DNA of 64,000 nucleotides. Source: the human T2T-CHM13v2.0 reference genome, Homo sapiens. Below the pieces are notes generated by a model. The model ran no database searches, was not told the DNA's origin, and worked only from the letters and a program-made list of their open reading frames with translations. Position 1 is the stretch's first letter; each line of letters starts with the position of its first letter. Where the stretch lies: assembly GCF_009914755.1 (NCBI RefSeq), contig NC_060948.1, one strand, 5' to 3'. This document shows positions 1 to 18,317 of the stretch, in pieces. Both the position numbers and the translations under genes were made by a program.

Positions 1-1092
1 TACGTTGTATGTATAATACCTATATTAAATATATATTATATGACTATGTTATTAATTACATGTCACATATGTTATATATTATATATTTTACATAGAATAT
101 ACCGGTTACATACAATATATACTATGTTACCTATAATGTATAATTTATTACATGTAAAATAAAGAATGCAATATATTATGTATAATTTATAAAGTACAAT
201 ATGTGGAATGTGATATATATAACATATAATATATGATATATGATATACAGTATATGATATATAACATACAATATATGATACCTAATATATATGGTATACA
301 ATATATATTTTATGATATGTATTCTCTATGTTTTATATTCTGTTATATATAACTATTTGAAATTATATATAACTATAAAATATTTTATGTAAATATGTAA
401 TATAATATATATAACTATATAATATATTATATATAACTATATATTATGTTATATATACTTTTATAACATAATTTACATAAAATATCATAATATAATATAT
501 ATTATATTATTTCATATTACATAATATATATTACATATCACCCAATATAAGTAACATACACAATATTATAATATAGATTATATTATGTTATATTAAATAT
601 CATATATATCATGTATCATATATTCTATAATATCTATTATAAATTATATAATATGTATGTTGTCTATTATGTGATATATATAACTATATATATAATTATA
701 TTATTATACATATAGCTAGATAAACATGTAATTCTACATATTTTCATTTATAATATATAGAATTATATAATCATATATAATTATTTATATTCTATAAAAT
801 ATTATATCATTATATAAATTATAATATATAAAAATTATAATATGTACTACAAATATATATATTATATATCATATATGATATAGTACCTTTGTTATATATC
901 ATAATACATATAAATGTGTATTATGTCATCTATAATTATATAATTTCATATATAAGATGTATAATATGTATTATATATTATATATGTTATGTAATATATA
1001 TGGTATGTATAAGATGACACAGGATAAATATTATATACTATGACATATAAAATATATGAGGTTATATGTTACATATAAGGCATAGCACATAA

Positions 1093-1407
<315 letters not shown>

Positions 1408-1980
1408 AGATCCATATTTTTTAAATGAAAAAAAATTTCAAAGGTACTCTGCTTGGTACAATAATCAAATGTATAAACTGAGGAATAAAACATAACCATG
1501 AAACCTACTTATAACTGCATATGGAAAATACAGAGGATAATTTTTTAAATAACATATTTTGAAAGCCTTAACTAGTAATTTGAAGGGTTGGCATTTGAAA
1601 GGCCAGTATGAATATACCTTCAATGCAGCAACACAGGTTCCCCATGAGAAAAAGCAAACTCAGGGAAAATAAAACCACAAAGGTTCAATCTCTTCTGACC
1701 TTTGAAAGACACAGCACAGACAGTGGTCCTTAGGACGAAGAGCAGGAGACCTCTAATTCCGTCACCATGGCGATAGGGCATAAACATTGCTGGGTGAGGG
1801 CACAATCCACCTTGTGAGGTCCAACTGCTGTCAGGAAGACAGGAGTGCTTTTACATACACCGAAAGGTCATTGAAGGCTCAGAGTTTTGTTTCAAGAACT
1901 GAATCCCAAGCCCACACGTTATTAGGCTGTGCTTCTTAAAACAAGTTATGAGATGGGGAAAAGGGCACTCACAAACATAC
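1408..1980. repeat. HSATI-like mixed-GC segment of the DYZ2 unit (representative copy, same offset in all 11 units)
   Basis: A complex, non-Alu, non-simple ~570-bp segment between the Alu 5' end and the AT-rich block, near-identical in every unit. The name comes from the known DYZ2 structure and the right boundary is approximate. Confidence 0.75.
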
Positions 1981-3528
1981 GGATACATTATGTATATAAT
2001 AATATACAGTATCATATTTATAATATATATAACCTATTTATAATATTGTTTTACATCCTGCATCTTATATTATATATAGTATAAAATATAATAATTGATA
2101 ATATATAAGTTTTATATTTCTACAATATGACATATAGTATATATTATAATTTATGTCATATATATGTTATATATCATATATAGAATATATTATACGGTTA
2201 ATATACGTATTAAATATAAATTATACATTATATATATTATATATAATATATCTGTTATATATAATACTCATTATGCATACTATATATATTATGTCTATGT
2301 TATATATAGTATAACACAACATATAATAATATATAATTGTATATATAAAATGCGACATATAATATATATTATATTTTATGACATATGTAATATATATTAT
2401 ATATTATATATAATACGTTGTATGTATAATACCTATATTAAATATATATTATATGACTACGTTATTAATTACATGTCACGTATGTTATATATTATATATT
2501 TTACATAGAATATACCGGTTACATACCATATATACTCTGTTACCTATAATGTATAATTTATTACATGTAAAATAAAGAATGCAATATATTATGTATAATT
2601 TATAATATACAATATGTGGAATGTGATATATATAACATATAATATATGATATATGATATACAGTATATGATATATAACATACAATATATGATACCTAATA
2701 TATATGGTATACAATATATATTTTATGATATGTATTCTCTATGTTTTATATTCTGTTATATATAACTATTTGAAATTATATATAACTGTATAATATTTTA
2801 GGTAAATATGTAATATAATATATATAACTATATAATATATTATATATAACTATATATTATGTTATATACACTTTTATAACATAATTTACATAAAATATCA
2901 TAATATAATATATATTATATTATTTCACATTACATAATATATATTACATATCACCCAATATAAGTAACATACATAATATTATAATATAGATTATATTATG
3001 TTATATTAAATATCATATATATCATGTATCATATATCCTATAATATATATTACAAATTATGTAATATGTATGTTGTCTATTATGTGATATATATAACTAT
3101 ATATATATTTATATTATTATATATATAACTAGATAAACATGTAATTCTACATATTTTCATTTATAATATATAGAATTATATAATCATATATAATTATTTA
3201 TATTCTATAAAAAATTATATCATTATATAAATTATAATATATAAAAATTATAATATGTACTACAAATATATATATTATATATCATATATGATATAGTACC
3301 TTTGTTATATATCATGATACATATAAATGTGTATTATGTTATCTATAAGTATATAATTTCATATATAAGTTATATAATATGTATTATATATTATATATGT
3401 TATGTAATATACATAGTATATATAAGATGACACAGGATAAATATTATATACTATGACATATAAAATATATGAGGTTATATGTTACATATAAGGCATAGCA
3501 CATAACATGTAATATATATCATCTATAA
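1981..3528. repeat. AT-rich degenerate (TA/TAA/TATAA) block of the DYZ2 unit (representative copy)
   Basis: About 1.55 kb of mostly A/T with degenerate TA-type microsatellite character, reproduced nearly base for base in neighbouring units. Confidence 0.9.
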
Positions 3529-3820
<292 letters not shown>

Positions 3821-5923
3821 AGAACCCTATTTTTTAAATGAAAAAAAATTTCAAAGGTACTCTGCTTGGTACAATAATCAAATGTATAAACTGAGGAATA
3901 AAACATAACCATGAAACCTACTTATAACTGCATATGGAAAATACAGAGGATAATTTTTTAAATAACATATTTTGAAAGCCTTAACTAGTAATTTGAAGAG
4001 TTGGCATTTGAAAGGCCAGTATGAATATACCTTCAAAGCAGCAACACAGGTTCCCCATGAGAAAAAGCAAACTCAGGGAAAATAAAACCACAAAGGTTCA
4101 ATCTCTTCTGACCTTTGAAAGACACAGCACAGACAGTGGTCCTTAGGACGAAGAGCAGGAGACCCCTAATTCCGTCACCATGGCGATAGGGCATAAACAT
4201 TGCTGGGTGAGGGCACAATCCACATTGTGAGGTCCAACTGCTGCCAGGAAGACAGGAGTGCTTTTACATAGACCGAAAGGTCATTGAAGGCTCAGAGTTT
4301 TGTTTCAAGAACTGAATCCCAAGCCCACACGTTATTAGGCTGCGCTTCTTAAAACAAGTTATGAGATGGGAAAAAGGGCACCCACAAACATACGTATACA
4401 TTATGTATATAATAATATACAGTATCATATATATAATATATATAACCTATGTATAATATTGTTTTACATCCTGCATCTTATATTATATATATTGTATAAA
4501 ATATAACAATTGATAATATATAAGTTTTATATTTATACAATATGACATATAGTATATATTATAATTTATGACATATATAATATATGTTATATATCATATA
4601 TAGAATATATTATACGGTAAATATACGTATTAAATATCAATTATACATTATATATATTATATAAAATATATCTGTTATATATAATACCCATTATGCATAA
4701 TATATATATTCTGTCTATGTTATATATAGTATAAAACAACATATAATAATATATAATTGTATATATAAAATGCGACATATAATATATATTATATTTTATG
4801 ACATATGTAACATATATTATATATTATAAATAATACGTTGTATGTATAATACCTATATTAAATATATATTATATGACTATGTTATTAATTACATGTCACA
4901 TATGTTATATATTATATATTTTACATAGAATATACCGGTTACATACAATATATACTATGTTACCTATAATGTATAATTTATTACATGTAAAATAAAGAAT
5001 GCAATATATTATGTATAATTTATAATGTACAATATGTGGAATGTGATATATATAACATATAATATATGATATATGATATACAGTATATGATATATAACAT
5101 ACAATATATGATACCTAATATATATGGTATACAATATATATTTTATGATATGTATTCTCTATGTTTTATATTCTGTTATATATAACTATTTGAAATTATA
5201 TATAACTATATAATATTTTATGTAAATATGTAATATAATATATGTAACTATATAATATATTATATATAACTATATATTATGTTATATATACTTTTATAAC
5301 ATAATTTTCTTAAAATATCATAATATAATATATAATATTATTTCATATTACATAATATATATTACATATCACCCAATATAAGCAACATACACAATATTAT
5401 AATATAGATTATATTATGTTATATTAAATATCATATATATCATGTATCATATATTCTATAATATCTATTATACATTATATAATATGTATGTTGTCTATTA
5501 TATGATATATATAACTATATATATAATTATATTATTATACATATAGCTAGATAAACATGTAATTCTACATATTTTCATTTATAATATATAGAATTATATA
5601 ATCATATATAATTATTTATATTCTATAAAAAATTATGTCATTATATAAATTATAATATATAAAAATTATAATATGTACTACAAATATATATATTATATAT
5701 CATATATGATATAGTACCTTTGTTATATATCATAATACATATAAATGTGTATTATGTCATCTATAATTATATAATTTCATATATAAGATGTATAATATGT
5801 ATTATATATTATATATGTTATGTAATATATATAGTATGTATAAGATGACACAGGATAAATATTATATACTATGACATATAAAATATATGAGGTTATATGT
5901 TACATATAAGGCATAGCAAATAA

Positions 5924-6238
<315 letters not shown>

Positions 6239-8359
6239 AGATCCATATTTTTTAAATGAAAAAAAATTTCAAAGGTACTCTGCTTGGTACAATAATCAAA
6301 TGTATAAACTGAGGAATAAAACATAACCATGAAACCTACTTATAACTGCATATGGAAAATACAGAGGATAATTTTTTAAATAACATATTTTGAAAGCCTT
6401 AACTAGTAATTTGAAGAGTTGGCATTTGAAAGGCCAGTATGAATATACCTTCAAAGCAGCAACACAGGTTCCCCATGAGAAAAAGCAAACTCAGGGAAAA
6501 TAAAACCACAAAGGTTCAATCTCTTCTGACCTTTGAAAGACACAGCACAGACAGTGGTCCTTAGGACGAAGAGCAGGAGACCTCTAATTCCGTCACCATG
6601 GCGATAGGGCATAAACATTGCTGGGTGAGGGCACAATCCACCTTGTGAGGTCCAACTGCTGTCAGGAAGACAGGAGTGCTTTTACATACACCGAAAGGTC
6701 ATTGAAGGCTCAGAGTTTTGTTTCAAGAACTGAATCCCAAGCCCACACGTTATTAGGCTGTGCTTCTTAAAACAAGTTATGAGATGGGGAAAAGGGCACT
6801 CACAAACATACGGATACATTATGTATATAATAATATACAGTATCATATTTATAATATATATAACCTATTTATAATATTGTTTTACATCCTGCATCTTATA
6901 TTACATATAGTATAAAATATAATAATTGATAATATATAAGTTTTATATTTCTACAATATGACATATAGTATATATTATAATTTATGTCATATATATGTTA
7001 TATATCATATATAGAATATATTATACGGTTAATATACGTACTAAATATAAATTATACATTATATATATTATATATAATATATCTGTTATATATAATACTC
7101 ATTATGCATAACATATATATTATGTCTATGTTATATATAGTATAACACAACATATAATAATATATAATTGTATATATAAAATGCGACATATTATATATAT
7201 TATATTTTATGACATATGTAATATATATTATATATTATATATAATACGTTGTATGTATACTACCTATATTAAATATATATTATATGACTACGTTATTAAT
7301 TACATGTCACATATGTTATATATTATATATTTTACATAGAATATACCGGTTACATACAATATATACTCTGTTACCTATAATGTATAATTTATTACATGTA
7401 AAATAAATAATGCAATATATTATGTATAATTTATAATATACAATATGTGGAATGTGATATATATAACATATAATATATGATATATGATATACAGTATATG
7501 ATATATAACATACAATATATGATACCTAATATATATGGTATACAATATATATTTTATGATATGTATTCTCTATGTTTTATATTCTGTTATATATAACTAT
7601 TTGAAATTATATATAACTGTATAATATTTTATGTAAATATGTAATATAATATATATAACCATATAATATATTATATATAACTATATATTATGTTATATAT
7701 ACTTTTATTACATAATTTGCATAAAATACCATAATATAATATATATTATATTATTTCATATTACATAATATATATTACATATCACCCAATATAAGTAACA
7801 TACATAATATTATAATATAGATTATATTATGTTATATTAAATATCATATATATCATGTATCATATATTCTATAATATATATTATACATTATATAATATGT
7901 ATGTTGTCTATTATGTGATATATATAACTATATATATATTTATATTATTATATATATAACTAGATAAACATGTAATTCTACATATTTTCATTTATAATAT
8001 ATAGAATTATATAATCATATATAATTATTTATATTCTATAAAAAATTATATCATTATATAAATTATAATATATAAAAATTATAATATGTACTACAAATAT
8101 ATATATTATATATCATATATGATATAGTACCTTTGTTATATATCATGATACATATAAATGTGTATTATGTTATCTATAAGTATATAATTTCATATATAAG
8201 TTATATAATATGTATTATATATTATATATGTTATGTAATATATATAGTATATATAAGATGACACAGGATAAATATTATATACTATGACATATAAAATATA
8301 TGAGGTTATATGTTACATATAAGGCATAGCACATAACATGTAATATATATCATCTATAA

Positions 8360-8651
<292 letters not shown>

Positions 8652-10754
8652 AGAACCCTATTTTTTAAATGAAAAAAAATTTCAAAGGTACTCTGCTTGG
8701 TACAATAATCAAATGTATAAACTGAGGAATAAAACATAACCATGAAACCTACTTATAACTGCATATGGAAAATACAGAGGATAATTTTTTAAATAACATA
8801 TTTTGAAAGCCTTAACTAGTAATTTGAAGAGTTGGCATTTGAAAGGCCAGTATGAATATACCTTCAAAGCAGCAACACAGGTTCCCCATGAGAAAAAGCA
8901 AACTCAGGGAAAATAAAACCACAAAGGTGCAATCTCTTCTGACCTTTGAAAGACACAGCACAGACAGTGGTCCTTAGGACGAAGAGCAGGAGACCCCTAA
9001 TTCCGTCACCATGGCGATAGGGCATAAACATTGCTGGGTGAGGGCACAATCCACCTTGTGAGGTCCAACTGCTGTCAGGAAGACAGGAGTGCTTTTACAT
9101 AGACCGAAAGGTCATTGAAGGCTCAGAGTTTTGTTTCAAGAACTGAATCCCAACCCCACACGTTATTAGGCTGCGCTTCTTAAAACAAGTTATGAGATGG
9201 GAAAAAGGGCACCCACAAACATACGTATACATTATGTATATAATAATATACAGTATCATATTTATAATATATATAACCTATGTATAATATTGTTTTACAT
9301 CCTGCGTCTTATATTATATATAGTATAAAATATAATAATTGATAATATATAAGTTTTCTATTTCTACAATATGACATATAGTATATATTATAATTTATGA
9401 CATATATAATATATGTTATATATCATATATAGAATATATTATACGGTTAATATACGTATTAAATATAAATTATACATTATATATATTATATATAATATAT
9501 CTGTTATATATAATACCAATTATGCATAATATATATATTATGTCTATGTTATATATAGTATAAATCAACATATAATAATATATAATTGTATATATAAAAT
9601 GCGACATATAATATATATTATATTTTATGACATATGTAATATATATTATATATTATATATAATACGTTGTATGTATAATACCTATATTAAATATATATTA
9701 TATGACTATGTTATTAATTACATGTCACATATGTTATATATTATATATTTTACATAGAATATACCGGTTACATACAATATATACTATGTTACCTATAATG
9801 TATAATTTATTACATGTAAAATAAAGAATGCAATATATTATGTATAATTTATAATGTACAATATGTGGAATGTGATATATATAACATATAATATATGATA
9901 TATGATATACAGTATATGATATATAACATACAATATATGATACCTAATATATATGGTATACAATATATATTTTATGATATGTATTCTCTATGTTTTATAT
10001 TCTGTTATATATAACTATTTGAAATTATATATAACTATATAATATTTTATGTAAATATGTAATTTAATATATATAACTATATAATATATTATATATAACT
10101 ATATATTATGTTATATATACTTTTATAACATAATTGACATAAAATATCATAATATAATATATATTATATTATTTCATATTACATAATATATATTACATAT
10201 CACCCAATATAAGTAACATACACAATATTATAATATAGATTATATTATGTTATATTAAATATCATATATATCATGTATCATATATTCTATAATATCTATT
10301 ATAAATTATATAATATGTATGTTGTCTATTATGTGATATATATAACTATATATATAATTATATTATTATACATATAGCTAGATAAACATGTAATTCTACA
10401 TATTTTCATTTATAATATATAGAATTATATAATCATATATAATTATTTATATTCTATAAAAAATTATATCATTATATAAATTATAATATATAAAAATTAT
10501 AATATGTACTACAAATATATATATTATATATCATATATGATATAGTACCTTTGTTATATATCATAATACATATAAATGTGTATTATGTCATCTATAATTA
10601 TATAATTTCATATATAAGATGTATAATATGTATTATATATTATATATGTTATGTAATATATATGGTATGTATAAGATGACACAGGATAAATATTATATAC
10701 TATGACATATAAAATATATGAGGTTATATGTTACATATAAGGCATAGCAAATAA

Positions 10755-11069
<315 letters not shown>

Positions 11070-13190
11070 AGATCCATATTTTTTAAATGAAAAAAAATTT
11101 CAAAGGTACTCTGCTTGGTACAATAATCAAATGTATAAACTGAGGAATAAAACATAACCATGAAACCTACTTATAACTGCATATGGAAAATACAGAGGAT
11201 AATTTTTTAAATAACATATTTTGAAAGCCTTAACTAGTAATTTGAAGAGTTGGCATTTGAAAGGCCAGTATGAATATACCTTCAAAGCAGCAACACAGGT
11301 TCCCCATGAGAAAAAGCAAACTCAGGGAAAATAAAACCACAAAGGTTCAATCTCTTCTGACCTTTGAAAGACACAGCACAGACAGTGGTCCTTAGGACGA
11401 AGAGCAGGAGACCTCTAATTCCGTCACCATGGCGATAGGGCATAAACATTGCTGGGTGAGGGCACAATCCACCTTGTGAGGTCCAACTGCTGTCAGGAAG
11501 ACAGGAGTGCTTTTACATACACCGAAAGGTCATTGAAGGCTCAGAGTTTTGTTTCAAGAACTGAATCCCAAGCCCACACGTTATTAGGCTGTGCTTCTTA
11601 AAACAAGTTATGAGATGGGGAAAAGGGCACTCACAAACATACGTATACATTATGTATATAATAATATACAGTATCACATTTATAATATATATAACCTATT
11701 TATAATATTGTTTTACATCCTGCATCTTATATTACATATAGTATAAAATATAATAATTGATAATATATAAGTTTTATATTTCTACAATATGACATATAGT
11801 ATATATTATAATTTATGTCATATATATGTTATATATCATATATAGAATATATTATACGGTTAATATACGTATTAAATATAAATTATACATTATATATATT
11901 ATATATAATATATCTGTAATATATAATACTCATTATGCATAATATGTATATTATGTCTATGTTATATATAGTATAACACAACATATAATAATATATAATT
12001 GTATATATAAAATGCGACATATTATATATATTATATTTTATGACATATGTAATATATATTATATATTATATATAATACGTTGTATGTATAATACCTATAT
12101 TAAATATATATTATATGACTACGTTATTAATTACATGTCATATATGTTATATATTATATATTTTACATAGAATATACCGGTTACATACAATATATACTCT
12201 GTTACCTATAATGTATAATTTATTACATGTAAAATAAGTAATGCAATATATTATGTATAATTTATAATATACAATATGTGGAATGTGATATATATAACAT
12301 ATAATATATGATATATGATATACAGTATATGATATATAACATACAATATATGATACCTAATATATATGGTATACAATATATATTTTATGATATGTATTCT
12401 CTATGTTTTATATTCTGTTATATATAACTATTTGAAATTATATATAACTGTATAATATTTTATGTAAATATGTAATATAATATATATAACCATATAATAT
12501 ATTATATATAACTATATATTATGTTATATATACTTTTATTACATAATTTGCATAAAATATCATAATATAATATATATTATATTATTTCATATTACATAAT
12601 ATATATTACATATCACCCAATATAAGTAACATACATAATATTATAATATAGATTATATTATGTTATATTAAATATCATATATATCATGTATCATATATTC
12701 TATAATATATATTATAGATTATATAATATGTATGTTGTCTATTATGTGATATATATAACTATATATATATTTATATTATTATATATATAACTAGATAAAC
12801 ATGTAATTCTACATATTTTCATTTATAATATATAGAATTATATAATCATATATAATTATTTATATTCTATAAAAAATTATATCATTATATAAATTATAAT
12901 ATATAAAATTTATAATATGTACTAGAAATATATATATTATATATCATATATGATATAGTACCTTTGTTATATATCATGATACATATAAATGTGTATTATG
13001 TTATCTATAAGTATATAATTTCATATATAAGTTATATAATATGTATTATATATTATATATGTTATGTAATATTTATAGTATATATAAGATGACACAGGAT
13101 AAATATTATATACTATGACATATAAAATATATGAGGTTATATGTTACATATAAGGCATAGCACATAACATGTAATATATATCATCTATAA

Positions 13191-13482
<292 letters not shown>

Positions 13483-15582
13483 AGATCCATATTTTTTAAA
13501 TGAAAAAAAATTTCAAAGGTACTCTGCTTGGTACAATAATCAAATGTATAAACTGAGGAATAAAACATAACCATGAAACCTACTTATAACTGCATATGGA
13601 AAATACAGAGGATAATTTTTTAAATAACATATTTTGAAAGCCTTAACTAGTAATTTGAAGAGTTGGCATTTGAAAGGCCAGTATGAATACACCTTCAAAG
13701 CAGCAACACAGGTTCCCCATGAGAAAAAGCAAACTCAGGGAAAATAAAACCACAAAGGTTCAACCTCTTCTGACCTTTGAAAGGGACAGCACAGACAGCG
13801 GTCCTTAGGACGAAGAGCAGGAGACCCCTAATCCTGTCACCATGGCGATAGGGCATAAACATTGCTGGGTGAGGGCGCAATCCACATTGTGAGGTCCAAC
13901 TGCTGCCAGGAAGACAGGAGTGCTTTTACATAGAACGAAAGGTCATTGAAGGCTCAGAGTTTTGTTTCAAGAACTGAATCCCAAGCCCACAGCTTATTAC
14001 GCTGCGCTTCTTAAAACAAGTTATGAGATGGGAAAAAGGGCACCCACAAACTTACGTATACATTATGTATATAATAATATACAGTATCATATACATAATA
14101 TATAAACTATGTATAATATTGTTTTACATCCTGCATCTTATATTATATATATTGTATAAAATATAATAATTGATAATATATAAGTTTTATATTTAAACAA
14201 TGTGACATATAGTATATATTATAATTTATGACATATATAATATATGTTATATATCATATATAGAATATATTACACGGTTAATATACGTATTAAATATAAA
14301 TTATACCTCATATATATTATATATAATATATCTGTTATATATAACACCCATTATGCATAATATATATATTATGTCTATCTTATATATAGTATAAAACAAC
14401 ATATAATTATATATAATTTTATATATAAAATGTGACATATAATATATATTATATTTTATGACATAGGTAATATAAATTATATATTATATATAATACGTTG
14501 TATGTATAATACCTATATTAAATATATATGATAGGACTATGTTATTAATTACATGTCACATATGTTATATATTATATATTTTACGTAGAATATACCGGTT
14601 ACATACAATATATACTATGTAACCTATAATGTATATTTTTTTATATGTAATATAAAGAATGTCATATATTATGTATAATTTATAATATAAAATATGTGGA
14701 ATGTGATATATATAAAATATAATATATGATATATGATATAGAGTATATGATATATAACATACAATATATGATACCTAATATATATGGTATACAATATATA
14801 TTTTATGATATGAATTCTATATGTTTTATATTCTGTTATATATAACTATTTGAAATTATATATAACTGAGTAATATTTTATGTAAATATGTAATATAATA
14901 TATATAACTATATAATATATTATATATAACTATATATTATGTTATATATGCTTTTATAACATAATTTACATAAAATATCATAATATAATATATATTATAT
15001 TATTTCATATTAGATAATATATATTACATATCACCCAATATAAGTAACATACATAATATTAAAATATAGATTATATTATGTTATATTAAATATCATATAT
15101 ATCATGTATCATATATTCTATAATATATATTATACATTATATAATATGCATGTTGTCTATTATGTGATGTATATAACTATATATATAATTATATTATTAT
15201 ACATATAACTACATAAACATGTATTTCTATATATTTTCATTTATAATATATAGAATTATATAATCATATATAATTATTTATATTCTATAAAAAATTATAT
15301 CATTATATAAATAATATATTAAAATTATAATATGTACTACAAATAAATATATTATATATCTTATATGATATAGTACCATTGTTATATATCATATTACATA
15401 TAAATGTGTATCATGTTATCTATAATTATATAATTTCATATATAAGAGGTATAATATGTATTATATATCATGTATGTTATGTAATATATATAGTATATAT
15501 AAGATGACACAGGATAAATATTATATACTATGACATATAAAATATATGAGGTTATATGTTACATATAAGGCATAGCACATAA

Positions 15583-15897
<315 letters not shown>

Positions 15898-18002
15898 AGA
15901 TCCATATTTTTTAAATGAAAAAAAATTTCAAGGGTACTCTGCTTGGTACAATAATCAAATGTATAAACTGAGGAATAAAACATAACCATGAAACATACTT
16001 ATAACTGCATATGGAAAATACAGAGGATAATTTTTTAAATAACATATTTTGAAAGCCTTAACTAGTAATTTGAAGAGTTGGCATTTGAAAGGCCAGTATG
16101 AATACACCTTCAAAGCAGCAACACAGGTTCCCCATGAGAAAAAGCAAACTCAGGGAAAATAAAACCACAAAGGTTCAACCTCTTCTGACCTTTGAAAGGC
16201 ACAGCACAGACAGTGGTCCTTAGGACGAAGAGCAGGAGACCCCTAATCCCGTCACCATGGCGATAGGGCATAAACATTGCTGGGTGAGGGCGCAATCCAC
16301 ATTGTGATGTCCAACTGCTGCCAGGAAGACAGGAGTGCTTTTACATAGACCGAAAGGTCATTGAAGGCTCAGAGTTTTGTTTCAAGAACTGAATCCCAAG
16401 CCCACAGCATATTACGCTGCGCTTCTTAAAACAAGTTATGAGATGGGAAAAAGGGCACCCACAAACTTACGTATACATTATGTATATAATAATATACAGT
16501 ATCATATATATAATATATATAACCTATCTATAATATTGTTTTACATCCTGCATCTTATATTATATATATTGTATAAAATATAATAATTGATAATATATAA
16601 GTTTTATATTTATACAATATGACATATAGTATATATTATAATTTATGGCATATATAATATATGTTATATATCATATATAGAATATATTACACGGTTAATA
16701 TACGTATTAAATATAAATTATACATCATATATATTATATATAATATATCTGTTATATATAACACCCATTATGCATTATATATATATTATGTCTATGTTAT
16801 ATATAGTATAAAACAACATATAATAATATATAATTGTATATATAAAATGTGACATATAATATATATTATATTTTATGACATATGTAATATAAATTATATA
16901 TTATATATAATACGTTGTATGTATAATACCTATATTAAATATATATGATAGGACTATGTTATTAATTACATGTACCATATGTTATATATTGTATATTTTA
17001 CGTAGAATATACCGGTTACATTCAATATATACTATGTTACCAATAATGTATAATTTATTACATGTAATATAAAGAATGTCATATATTATATATAATTTAT
17101 AATATACAATATGTGGAATGTGATATATATAACATATAATATATGAAATATGATATACAGTATATGATATATAACATACAATATATGATACCTAATATAT
17201 ATGGTATACAATATATATTTTATGATATGAATTCTATATGTTTTATATTCTGTTATATATAACTATTTGAAATTATATATAACTGTATAATATTTTACGT
17301 AAATATGTAATATAATATATATAACTATATAATATATTATATATAACTATATGTTATGTTATATATACTTTTATAACATAAATTAGATAAAATATCATAA
17401 TATAATATATATTATATTATTTCATATTAGATAATATATATTACATATCACCCAATATAAGTAACATACATAATATTAAAATATAGATTATATTATGTTA
17501 TATTAAATATCATATATATCATGTATCATATATTCTATAATATATATTATATATTATATAATATGCATGTTGTCTATTATGTGATATATATAACTATATA
17601 TATAATTATATTATTATACATATAACTACATAAACATGTAATTCTATATATTTTCATTTATAATAAATAGAATTATATAATCATATATAATTATTTATAT
17701 TCTATAAAAAATTTTATCATTATATAAATTATAAAATATTAAAATTATAATATGTACTACAAATATATATATTATATATCATATATGTTATAGTACCTTT
17801 GTTATATATCATAGTACATATAAATGTGTATTATGTTATCTATAATTATATAATTTCATATATAAGATGTATAATATGTATTATATATTTTATATGTTAT
17901 GTAATATATATAGTATATATAAGATGACACAGGATAAATATTATATTCTATGACATATAAAATATATGAGGTTATATGTTACATATAAGGCATAGCACAT
18001 AA

Positions 18003-18317
<315 letters not shown>

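Noticed and set aside
1620-1805. 61-aa minus-strand ORF (MCPHPAMF...) open in all 11 DYZ2 units
   Set aside because: It starts at TTG, is short and has no recognisable domain. Its conservation follows from near-identical tandem units, and many of the differences are non-synonymous. There is no evidence of coding function.
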